A stretch of DNA of 64,000 nt, taken from NCBI GenBank assembly GCA_050575255.1, contig JBNZDD010013542.1, forward strand, positions 930,369 to 994,368. The letters are read 5' to 3'. This document shows positions 12,916 through 25,651 of the stretch, piece by piece (positions within the stretch are counted from its first letter, which is position 1; each line of letters starts with the position of its first letter). The notes beneath the pieces are model-generated. The model did not search any database. It was not told the DNA's origin and saw only the letters and a list, made by a program, of their open reading frames with translations. A program made the translations under genes and the position numbers. The DNA is from Harriotta raleighana (taxonomy: Eukaryota).

Positions 12916-15404
12916 ATGAATGGCACCTGTGGATTGTGCACCTATGTTCTCTGAAAAGCTCTGTCCTAATTATCATTACAGATTTAATAAGTCTGCGTAT
13001 GTCTGTCTGTCTTATTTAAATAATAAAATAATCATAAGAAACAAGTGGCTTCAGATTTCCAAAAATCTTTAAAATTATTAAATTCACTATTAATTTGAAA
13101 GCCAGTTTCCTGCAATTCTTTTTGGGGAGGTAATACAGGGAAGAGGCTTGTAAATCAGAACTAAATGCAAGACGTTTTCAAAATTCAAAACGACCTTTGA
13201 GAATTTCATGCCTAAGATTTGATTGAAATAATGGACAAGAATCATCTCTCTCACCCCTCACCCCCCTCCCTCTCTCTCTCCCCCACACCTCCCCCCCCCC
13301 GCCCCCCCTCTCTGTGTTCGTGCCTCTAATAGTACTTGAATTTTCACTGTCTAAATAATCGCTGAGGGGTTAAAACCCACGTTCACATCTTATTATCCAT
13401 TATTATGCAATTAACCTCCTCTGTGACATCATTAGTGCAGTATTAACAGGAAATAGTTGTATATTTATTGGAGCTGCTAAGCGCAGTTTTGCAAATTGGA
13501 TTATACACGCTTTATGATGTTGTTAGGATCATTTTGTTGCTTAAATTGAGAAGGCAATTCATCTTAAAAATCTGAATGGCCGAGAGGAACTAGATTGCAA
13601 TTATCCAATATACTTTTACCTTGTTATCAGGAGCTTAACGATTGCGCAACAAAACGACTATCGGTTCTGGGTTTGCACTTTTCTGGTAAAAATCCAATAA
13701 AATCAGTTAGCCTAATCGCTGTTGCTTTTCCAATATCACCTTTTACAAGTGCTTGATGTTGTTTTAATGGTGTGTGTGCGCACGCCCAAGGTCCAGGGGC
13801 TGTAACTTATTGCAAGTCACATCTGTTTTTCTTCAAACGGGTTTTACTGAGTCCCAGCGTTTGCACAGTGATAACCCTTCAGCTAAACTGACCCAAACGC
13901 GCTTCGGTTCGGTTGTACTTTCACTTGGATTTTGAAAGAGATCATAGAATTGACTCGAAAACATACAGTTTAAAATACATGTATATTCCCAACGATTTAC
14001 ACCTCTCGTTGTTGGTTAAAACAAATTTATATTATCAATAATAATAAATTAATGTCTCACAATACGTCGTATGCAATAAGATCCGGTCCATCTCTCTGTG
14101 TCGTGGCTTATTCTACACAATATTGTAAATTAAATTGTCAAATTGATTTTTGACTTACTCACTGTAAACTTTCAGGGCATCCATTGCGATTCGGAATGAA
14201 AATCTATCTTAATTTATTCTGGACATCCCCACCACAAGTAATATTCGCCTCTCAGCGCCTCTCAACCCCTGAGGTTGTAAGGAGATGACTGTCCACATTT
14301 AGAGGTGTCTTTCTAGCTGCTCTCTCAGGCCTACTCCACCTCTCAGGTCTCGCACCTGCAAACAGATGCACCACGGATAAGAACGGGAATGCGTGTAATT
14401 TTCATTGTAACAAACAGCTTCACACGGGCACTTTTTCAGGTGAAGACATTTTCGCTGGTCAGTGCCGATTCACGGAAAATGTCCCAGATTTGAAGCACTT
14501 GTAATTATTTTGACAAGAAAATTAAATATGTGTACTATTGTGTATTTGCATTTTCCAACATTTCCTAACGTTTAGTCCCTTTTCAGACTTGCCTTTACTT
14601 TACTGGACAAAGATTTCAAATGCAAATCAAAATGGAATGAAATCCACGGTTACTGAATAGCATTTACATTCGCCGAATTTAACTTATACCAACCGTGCGG
14701 CCCAGGGAAACGTTATTATTAACTTGACTTTCAGAAAGTCTTTCAGTCCTCTGGCATTTTACTGGCATCAATCAGTCCTTCAAGGATAAGTAAAAAATAG
14801 CTAAAAACATATATGATTTTACATGTAGGAGAGAAACTACAAGTCTACAATTGCATATATCTATATATCATATAAGTATAGGCAAACATTGTAGATATGT
14901 GAGTATATATGCGTATCATTGCACCAACATTTCCGTACACATGGCTATCTAGAAATTATACACAGTTTTATTTGCTATTTATTTCTTTTCGGTTATTTTT
15001 GCCGGTTCGGGAATTCTGGATTTACAGGAATATGTAAAATGAAGTCAATTTCTGGCCTATAATTACCTGTATATTTATACACCATCTCTTCTGCGTCTAT
15101 ATTAATTTGGGGGTTCCTGATTATGGTATACATATGGTACATTATCAAGGCATTAACTCGTGTTCTGCTAATGAAATAATCTAATACAACCTGACTTAGA
15201 ATCATTGAAGGCATAGAATTATTAAGTGCAAAAACGCAAAATACTGCAGATGCTGGAAATCTGAAACAATATTGTTTCAGAATATTAAGTGCGTTTGCCA
15301 CAAACGTGGTTTAGTGAAACATTGGCGATAAAAATTATCATCACTGCTAAAGACAGGCCGATGTGAAGAGGTACTTATCATTTAACACTGTACTGGAGTT
15401 AGGG

Positions 15405-18400
15405 GCGTTTTGCCCACAAAATACAGTCAATCCACTTTACAATATATTCTGTGAAGCGCTATGAGACGTCTAGAAGATTTGACAGAGCTCTATATCAAAT
15501 GCAAGAATTACTATTATTAAATACAAATTATTGCATTGTAAGGATCCGGCGATCTTACAACAAATAAGAAAGCAGTGATGTGCAGTTCATATATATATAT
15601 ATATAAATATGTGTATAAATTATACATTTATATTCTCTTAGAAGATTTATGTGGGATTTGACTGGTGGAGCGATTTTTCTTTGAGAATTGGGTGAATTCC
15701 AAACATTCGCAAAGGATTTCCCAAGTAAAATATCAGCCTTTCTGTTTCCTTAATAGATAGTAAAATATTAAACATTTCATTTGTGCCTGTACAAGTTAGA
15801 TCTTGCCGGAGAGAAACATATCATTTTCTCGCGGCCACACTTACTGTTAAAAAAAATTGAATTATTTACGGAACGTGGGTAATTATCGTTGCGTTTGGGG
15901 GTAAAATGTGACTTTCAATCTAACACAAAAAGTTAATGTTAGTGGTGAAAAATGAAATAATGGAAGTGAGGTGTTGAAGGGCAGAGTCAAAGCCGAACTC
16001 ACTCTATTTTACGGGTCTCCTTTACAATTCCTTCAAATCAGTTTCTGCCTTCCATTCAAACCATTCACATCTTCACAGCTGTTTTAATTTCGGCACTTCC
16101 TCTCTATGTATATATATTTTTTAATATATAATTTCTCTAGGGATGCGACTATGCTATATACGCACAAATTGTATTTAATAATGGTGTAATGTTAGCGACG
16201 CAATTTTACTTTTATTCCGAAGTCATGATAACAATAATAACAATCCTTAATTTTCACAAAGAGCCCTTTACTTATTACGTCCTTGACTTGTCTCAAATGG
16301 CTTCACATATTTTTACTGTGACCTGTAGTGACTATGTGTGTTTGTGTATGGTGGTGGGGGGGGTGTATGTATATATAAGCAAATGCACCAGAGAAGTTAA
16401 CTTCTGTCGAGAGCTCAGGGTGTGTTAAGAAGACGTTTGATTCTGAAACCATTTATGTTGTGAAGTTATTACCAAGGGAGAATTAAATATCACAAGATTT
16501 GAGCAAGGATTTTACTGTTGATTGGATCATCAAATCTTGTGTCAGACATTCCCAGCTTCTATTGAAATACCCTAAAGCGAAAGCATAATTATTTAGCTGT
16601 TATTTAGCACATTTCGCTGTTGGCTATTTTCACTCGTGTAATAGTTGTTGTTGCTCATCAGATGACAGATTATTGGTTGATACCATTTCCGTGTAACTAT
16701 AATTCAAGTCGGGGATTTTAACAGATTTAAGCAGCCTTGAAATTGTTTACGTACGATACTCCCGGACAGTTTGAAATTTCCTCTTATTTCGATATGTTTC
16801 GTGTTCTTTTGATTATTCATTTCAAAATTCAAACTGTACGTTGTTATCATTGTGAAATTGAACTAATGTTATTCCCAAGTATATCAGTAGTAGGAATTCT
16901 CCCCGCATTTACTCCTTAGTTAATTGCCACGGTAGTATACATTTTTTTAAATTGAGGGATTACTTAAGGTAATAATATAATAATATTCCTTGCATGTCAC
17001 ATAGCGCCTTATTACATCATTGAACCGGCTCAAAGCGCTTCACAGAATACACTTTGAATGGAATTGACTACATTTTGTGGGTGAAACAGAGTATGTATTT
17101 AAAGTCCATTCTTCCAGCAGCTACATTCTATCAGCTCTTTGCTGCATCTGACCTCCTAGAGTGCCATCGGTTTGTCAACAGTGAAACGGGATGGATTTCT
17201 GAAACTCACATGAAACAGGTCGCCAACTAACTGATAAGTGAATTTCCAGTGGTGTTTGTTTCACAGGAAGTTCCTTCCGCTGTTTAAATTTCAGAAGACA
17301 AATCATTTAGTGGCTGCTTTACTTATCGAAGAAACGTAACTATACATTTACTATGATTGACAACAAAATAAAAATCGGACAATAAAATATTTATTGAACA
17401 GTTGGGGGCAAACGATAATGTGGGTAATTGAAGCACGATCTTCAATGTGGAAGGAATATAGCCAGAGGTCGACATAGCAAAATATACACTGCAAAACATT
17501 GACTCCCAACAAAACTCAATAAGCAAACTATTCATTATTTGCCAGTTTTTGAAGCAAGTATCGGCTTCTCCCTCTGTTAGTTTTTTTTCCTTTCCTCTTG
17601 GATTTCGGGATTTGAATTACATTCTCAGGCTAAGCGTTTGGGATTTGGCGGGATATATTTATAGAATACATCAATGTGGATGCATAGCAATAATGGGATT
17701 TGGAATATACAGTATTATTAAAAGGGTGCGGAAATTAGAGTATTGGAAAGATGCAGGGTTGTAGAGATATTTATAGGATACATTATTTGGATTTGGTTTA
17801 ACAATCGTAGGAGCATATTATGGGACGCAGGTTGCACGAATTTAGGCGAAGGAGGATGCTGGATTTTTTTGTGCAAGAAACCGACCCAACACATTCACTA
17901 AATGTGTTTTTTTTAAAAAACAAATTCAGCATTTACAGATTGCAAGCAGCTTCCTCATCCGGCCATTCTGTGGTTTGCTTCCTCAGAGATACCTTGCTCT
18001 CAGAAACAGGTCACTAATTTGTAATACATTTTGTGTTGTCTTATATTAATTTTGAAATCCTGTTCAAATGGGATTATCGCACGGCTCTTTCTGAATTAAT
18101 AGACTGTACATCCGAGATTTCTTTGGAAGGTTTGTTTATTGCTGTGCGCAAATTAGCTCACCCCCTTCTTACCAAAATGCACAGTCACTTTGCCGTCAAA
18201 TGCTGTGGCTTTGAGACACAGCAAAGGCAACTGTATTCTTTCCACTTAACATAGATAGACAAACAGAGCGAGAGAGCGAGACTGCATGCATCATCATATG
18301 AATCCTCTGATTTATCCTCTTGTCAAATGAATGAGGTTTTTTTTATAAGATGGAATTTTAGAAGTAATAATAAATATTCTTTATGATGTATTCATTGATA

Positions 18401-21400
18401 TATCTGGGCATGTTGATTGTATTGGTTTGCAATGGGACCTGCTCCCGGAGGCGTGTGCTTGTTTGTACAGGTGCACACGCAAATAAGCAGTGCCCTCGGC
18501 CACACTGCCTCGAGTCAGGTGATAACCCTGTTGCTCTTCCGAGACAGGTAGCAACAACAAAATAATCACAACAACAAAATGACGCTCACAGAGGGCCTTT
18601 CACGTCGGTAGGGCGTCCCAAGTCGCTGAACACTCAGATCGGGTCATTTCACATCTGTCCGTGGAAATCACAGCAAAATCCGGAGGTAGATTGCCGAAAA
18701 GTCATTTATTTTCGCCTTTTAGACAACGCAGTGGGTTTCATCTGGCAACAAATAAATTGACCTGTATGTAATACTAGTCGTTGCATTTGATATAGCGCCT
18801 TATCCCGTCTTCAGGATGTTTCAAAGCACTTCACAGAATATACTCTAAGATGAATTCACTCTGTATTTTGTGGGCAAAACGCGGCAACCAATTGCCCACA
18901 GCATAAGCCCATAAACACTCATGAATTGAGTGGACAAATTATTATTATTTTCTCTTGCAGTGATTATTACCGCCCAGAAAGCATCTGAATAATACTAATG
19001 CTAGTATCTAAATAGCAACGCAATAAACTCACAAACAGAAATTAGACATATGAAATTATTCCAAACTATATTGCAGACGTCTTTTAATCAAACGTATCCC
19101 ACCGAAATAAGCTTGCAGGGTTGGATGGAAAACATTGTTGCAAATGTTCCAATTTATTGCTTTTTTCCAAAAAAAATCAATCTTGAAAATACAGGACTCC
19201 AGCAATGAAGTAATTAAACCACTAAATAACAATGGTTTCAAGATGAGAATTTTTTCCTGACCCAAATAAATATGTAAAATCGCTTCGGTGAGTCTCTCTC
19301 ACGGAGCAGAAACAATGTGTTTTGCTGAGAAGAAAAGGAAAATACACTTTCTTAAAATTTAATGCTATGAACTTTGTCTGCTCGAAATTATTACAATTTT
19401 CTTATCACTCTGGACACACACAGCTGGTTTTGTCGGTTTAGATTGGGCTAGCTGGCTCAAATTGAACGGAAACTCATTTATTTAACCCGGAATATATATC
19501 TATTTTAGGATCCCGATAGAAACAGTACATTTCTGTTGTCAGACATTTCCGATAACTTTCCACACCGATTTTTTTTTTTAAAAATTCTTCCCAGCGCCTT
19601 ATATGGCTTTACTCATTTAAGTTAAAGAAAAATACAAATTGGATTCAGACCCGAATTTGTTTTTCCTACAAAATATATAGACAATTCACTTTATACAGTG
19701 TACCCTGTGAAGCGGTTTGAGAAGTCTTGAGGACCTGATAAAACAGCATAGCAAATGCAAGGATTATTATTACTAACTGTTTCGTTTATCCCGCGAACAG
19801 ATTGAGATGACAACCTTGTTATGAAAAAGAAAATATTCATCATCAGTGATAAATAATGTTTAAATTTCAAATGGTTTATATTTTCTTCTAGTCATTTATT
19901 TTTTCCCCTCCTGTTTTTCATAATGTAATGAATAAGAATTTATGGGTTTAATAATATATTGCATGGGCCTTGATTCTCCCTTGTTATTACCGTAACGTCT
20001 TGTTTATTTGATAGATGGGAACGTAGCTTTTTTGACCCCAGCACAAAAAAAAGCCAAATGAGAACATTCATTACTGCAATACAGGTTCATTTAAGGCAGA
20101 TTTTGCGTAGAATATTACTCTTTAGCCGCGTAATGTTGGCTTATATCAAATATTGATGATTTTTTGATGCAATATGTCAAGAGCTGTTTAAATAATTAAA
20201 ACTGTTTCACCGCAGATCAACGAAAATCCCCTTAAATATAGAATAAAAATAAATTTCGGAATTTCAAATATTTGCCTCCCAGAGGCGTGGTCGCAGTCGC
20301 CAATAAAGTATCATTAACTATTCATTTATTCAGCCAAGGTCCGACCTTTGACCTTCCCAAATCTAAAAGGAGTTGCTATTTGCTCTGTATCGTGTCACTT
20401 CCAAATCTTTCCAAATAATTGTTGAGGCTTGTTTGAAACGAAAGAGATTTGTTTTATTCCACTGCTCCGCTCGTGGTCAGGGGGGAAAATAGCGAGAAAG
20501 GTTCGCCTACCCTAGATCTGACCCTAAGCTAGAAGCCAGAAACGCTTAATCAAGAGTGACCCAGACTGCTGAATTAATTTCGTCGTGAACTCTCGGTGAA
20601 CCGAGCCTTAGAGAAGGAGAGCAGAGCTGGCTTCTTGTGGCTTGCCCTGGGCAAACCTTTCAGCCTGAGTAAATATTGAAGGAGTCCTTCTGATGGTTTG
20701 ACTGAAATGGTCCTGTCAAGCAAATGTAAACTTAAAGGAGCTGAAAAGTGTACAGACACTTCCGCATCCTTTTCAATGTAAAGTCTCATTTACCTGTGCT
20801 CCAGACAAAGGGACGGGTGGTGATCAGTAATTAAAACGAAAAACTCGCTGTCAAGGGAGCATCCACCCTTCTCTTCAAACACTACTTGAAACTCATCGTT
20901 CAAGCGTGTGTGTGTGTGTCTGTGTGTGTGATGGTGGTAGTGGTGGGTGCAATTAAATGATGGAGTTCAGTTTAGTTCAAAAATCAGTTTTCTCCAGTTC
21001 GCTTGGCTACTGAAAATTACACCATTCGCTTTCAGATGTTGGTCCTTAAAGCAGGACACCAATTATTTAATTGGTTGATCCCAAATTAAATTTTTCACTT
21101 ATAATAAAATGGGACTGATTTCTACGCTGCTGCTGTCGAGTCATCTTTCAATAACTCAATAAAGTGTTGGCTAAATTGATTTGGACGGTACTACCGGTTC
21201 CTGTCGGCTGGGACTAAAGGAGAAAGTTAAGATTTCAACGGGATGACTCGATTATCTATATGTTAAACAGTCTGGAATTGGAATTGACATATTTTAAAAT
21301 AACATCTTATGATAAAGCCGAACTAAGACCTTTAACCGTGCAACATAATAGAGTTCCACATTATGGAGACTTTAGTTATGTTATATCTTTGGTAAAGGCA

Positions 21401-21655
21401 ATGTCTAACTTTGTTGTCGCTTGTGGTTTATTATACAGTAATACTTGGCTCATTATTTCCCAGAATTGCTCACATTGTTCTTGTTTTGGGGACAACAATA
21501 GTTCACCTCCAGCGATTGCCCCGAATAATTTTCAAAGCAAATTCGCCCACATAATATACAGACAATTCACTCTACAATAAATTCCAGGAAGCGCCTTGAG
21601 ACGTCTCTAAGACGTGACAATGCGGTACATCGAATGCGAGGATTACTATTATTAA
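15405..21655. mobile_element. Scattered 5'-truncated SINE tails (approx. 15405-15520 +, 16980-17090 -, 18780-18950 -, 19660-19775 +, 21545-21655 +)
   Basis: Each matches the family 3' end CACAAAATATA(C/T)AG.CAATTCACTTTACA..TGTGAAGCGCTTTGAGAC..AAATGCAAGGATTATTA. Confidence 0.75.
20586..20602 (-). promoter_or_regulatory. Hoxb1 3' DR5 retinoic acid response element
   Basis: GGTTCA ccgag AGTTCA on the minus strand, ~5 kb 3' of the Hoxb1 stop; position matches the known group-1 3' DR5. Confidence 0.85.
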
Positions 21656-22924
21656 AACGCGCTACACAGATTGTCGAAGCTGAAATGACAATTTGGTGCC
21701 GAAAAGGCAAAATTGGGATTTTGTTGCGAAGAATGCATTAAATCGGTGCAGAAACTGAAATGTTGAGTGGCATTGAGACAACCAGTGGATCTTTTTTCCC
21801 TCAGCTTCTCCCTCTACAAACCCCACCCACCCCACCCCCATCCACCCATTTTGTTTTAACAAATGCAAGTTGTTAAAACAAACAGATGTATTAATTTCAG
21901 GGTTAAGAGTTTAAATAATAAAACACTTCCAACTTCAGCAACACGAATGAGAAAAAAAAATCACTTGCTGCTTGCCATCAAAGAAGCCTTGGTAAATGTT
22001 ATGGGGGTTGTTGGCTTCACATCAAAAGACATCACATAGCGAGGGCAAACGCGCTTACAAAATAAGCAAAATTAACACTAAGTTGTGAAGAGCAGATGGC
22101 GGCGGACCCTGGCCGCTCAGAACATGCTTCGCCGTTTGAAATAATTTCTTTTTTATATGAAAAAATATCATCCTGTAGAGGTCAAATACAACTGAGTCAG
22201 AATTCCCCTAATTTCCAGTTTACTCGAGATGAACTCCGAAACTAATACTGTAGTTGTCTTTTTATAGTGGTGATGGGGGTTAGGGTTAGGGTTGGAGGGG
22301 GAGGGGGGACTTGCATGACTTTAAAATGTGCAACATTGAACGAATTAAACATCATAAACACTTGCTTTTGCGAAACCTGGGCCAATACCCATTTCCCATT
22401 GGATCACCCACTTGCCAAAAAAAAATTAAATGCTGACTTTTGAAGCTAACTCGTGCAACAGTTAACTTGTGTTCAATAAGTGACAGCGTTTCATTAAAAG
22501 GGAGATTTGGACCCATTCCTATTACACGAATACTTAAATATTTAACAAGTAGGGCAACATTTAAACTCTATGTTAGGGAGAAGTACAGTAGTTTGCAATT
22601 ATTTCCGGAGACACGTTTTGGATTTCAATGGGAGTCGCTTTTTATCTTTTGTTATGCTTAACACCAGAAGCCACATCAGAACCGATTCCCTGGTTACATC
22701 ATTGTTCTCTGGCATTATACATACGAGTGAAATGTATTGTTCACATAGGCTGTTTCGAAAGAGCTTGTATCACTGTGAGACATGTGAAAATGTAGCACGA
22801 CGAATGTTAATTAGTTCATGAGAATTTAGACTTCAAACTAAAGTTTGCGCAACTGCTGTGAGCCGCATATTGAAAAACTATCGTTGTTTTTCTCTTTATT
22901 TCGGCGTTTTGTTAAAAAAAAGGG

Positions 22925-23313
22925 TCTTCCCTTCCCGCCTGTACTGTAACTACAAACTTTCTTTCACTTCTACACTCTTGTTTTTTCTCAGCATGCAAAC
23001 TGAAAACGCCACCTTACAGGCAGGCAGTCTGAGGCCTGTTGATCTTTGTGACACTGATTTATCATGTTAAATTAACAGCAGGTCTGAATGGGAGAGTTAT
23101 ACTTTGGGTAGAGATCTGTAAATTTAGTTTGTTTAGTGGCTGAACTTTGGAGCACAAAGTTTGCCTATATGATTATAACATATTAATATACACAAACTGC
23201 GTATTTCGCTCACAAAATATAGTCAAAAACACTTTACTGTATATTCTGTGAAATACTTTGAGACAACTCGAAGATGTGATATTGGGCTATATCAAATGTA
23301 AGGATTATTATAT
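22925..23313 (+). repeat. Copy 2 of the ~380 bp duplicated element
   Basis: Matches 11869-12249 in the same orientation. Confidence 0.9.
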
Positions 23314-24100
23314 ACAAAGTGCATGAAAATGCACACAAATGTGTCGGTATGAATATATACGTATTTGTGACTGTATGTACATTAATCACTGTAAATATTA
23401 TATTTGCGTGTTTCGAATTGCAGATATGTCTGTGAGTACATATATATATGACTGCACCAATTGGTGATATTTGTGAGACTTTGTGTACAAGATACTGAAT
23501 AACTGTATAACTACGAGTATTCCTGAGTGAGTATAAGTATAGGAGTGATTTTGTGAGTGTAAGTGTGTCTATGTGCGCACACCTTTGTAATATATGGTGT
23601 GCGTGGGGGTTATTTGTCAAATTAAGTCAATTTAGATAGCTCCAAATAGAAATGAGCTCTCTCTGAATTTAGCAAGGACTGTCGCATCAAAAGGAAAACG
23701 AGCATTTCAGCCAAGACACAAGCTGTTTATTGAAGTAGTGAGTGATGTAAAGTGCCTATTTTAAATCAATGCGTAGGCGGTTTAATGAGGGTCCTGTTAT
23801 TAAAGAGACAGCAAAATCAAGAGAGATAAAATCAGAGCCCAATCTAATTTATTAAATCCTTTCAAACTTTCACCTTCTTTATATATAGAGACATTGTATT
23901 TCTCAGTACTCATTTATCATATTCAGTCTAACTCGTCATAACTCTTATCTTGTTCTGGGTGTACCCATTTATCAGTCAATTTATCTGACTCTCGGAATAT
24001 AGCGTTTTTGGAAAGTTCGAGTTGTTTGTTTGAGAGGGGGACAATGGTGTCATCTTCAGGACGCTTTGTTGACTTGTTTGTAAATCCCAGAGGCGTTTGG

Positions 24101-24114
24101 AGGTAAAAAGGTCA
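24101..24114 (+). promoter_or_regulatory. Hoxb1 3' DR2 RARE (early neuroectoderm enhancer)
   Basis: AGGTAA aa AGGTCA, the same as the Hoxb1 3' DR2 as I recall it, ~1.5 kb 3' of the stop. Confidence 0.88.
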
Positions 24115-25651
24115 CGGGGACATCCGGAGTTTGCTGTTGCATTCCTCGCTTCTCTCTGTAGAATTATTTTAAGAGACATCACAAAGTATTATACTGGTAC
24201 ACTCAATGCAATTCATGAAAGATATATATCCCCCCCAAAGAATGTTTTATTGAAATTCGATTCATGTTTACATTCACCGAATTAACTATGTATTCATTAA
24301 TAGCTGTTGCTGATGGGATATCTGATGTAGGGGAGCTTTACCCGATTCCTTGCCCAATTACCATTTCGTCAATTTCAGATCAGTTTCAGATTTCCAAAAG
24401 CAACACGCTGGATTGGTAGATGGGTTTATTTAATAATGCATCTGACAGCAGACGGATTACCAAACTGGAGGATGGAATACTTTCCAATGATCAGAATGAA
24501 ATAATTAAAGGAAACGAAACATGAATCTTGATAATTATATTGTCAAGGATATCACGGCTCTTTCAAAGGTTAACTCTTCAAAGATATGTAATCTTTAACT
24601 CGCCCTTTATTGAGAGACCGTTGACTATAAAAGTAATCAGGAAACAATTGTTTTTATAATAATTAAATCGATTTTATTGCAATGAGGTAGTTTTAACACG
24701 AGGGTTTGGAATGCACAACAAACACAATGAGAGTCTCGCTTATGAGACTGAGAACCAAGAGTGATCACAAACTCAGCAAAACCTGAATTCTGTCATCACA
24801 TCACACAGTGCTTCAGATTCTCTTTACATTCATTATCAACAGATTCCGGCTTAAACAATACTGGGGCCAAGAACAATCGAAATGTTGTCGTCAGTACATT
24901 CATCCAGTTTGGATGAAATTTCAGAAAAAAAATTCTAACCAAAACCGCCCAATAATTGAGTCACCGAATTACCATTAATATGCTCAGAAAAGTGAACGAA
25001 TGAGAGATTAGTATTTCACATTTTCAGTATTGCATATCTGCTGAATCTTATACTTGTACGTTGTATATATTTTAAAAAAAAATCAATTTCTTCTCCTCTC
25101 AGCACAAGTGACTTTGTCGATAACCCTGTAACAATATTAGTAGTGCAATCTCAAATAAACACAGATCTCTGAAAAACACGCATCATAACTGCAGGTTGAA
25201 GGTGCGCTTGTCCACATTCGATATATACATAAAATTACATTTTAGTTCTAATGTACATACATAATAGATTGAAATCTACACATAGAAACATATGAACTTT
25301 CAACACACAGGGAGGGAAGCCATTCGGCCCATCGTGTCTGCAGTAACACTACGTGAAGCCAAATTCCTGTAAAGTTTATACAATGAAGCAAAATACCCCA
25401 ACGTCGCAAGAGTAAAATATATAAAACTCAATGGGCCGTGAGAATAACATCTCTTATAACAGTGTTGGGTAACAAGCCATGGAATATTCGCATTGTAAAC
25501 ATATGGAAAGTGCAAACCTAACTTTTTTGGAGTCATTTCCCTGAGTTTATTACAAACACAATAACACAAAAAGAAGGATAATCAACATCAGAAACACGGG
25601 AATTCAAGAAATTACAGGGGGAAAAAAACAAATTTTTAAAGGGTTATATAT

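Noticed and set aside
22088-22104. CTCF-like AGCAGATGGCGG (also ~29120-29135 and ~39104-39118)
   Set aside because: Mismatches at key core positions; not supportable without matrix scoring or ChIP
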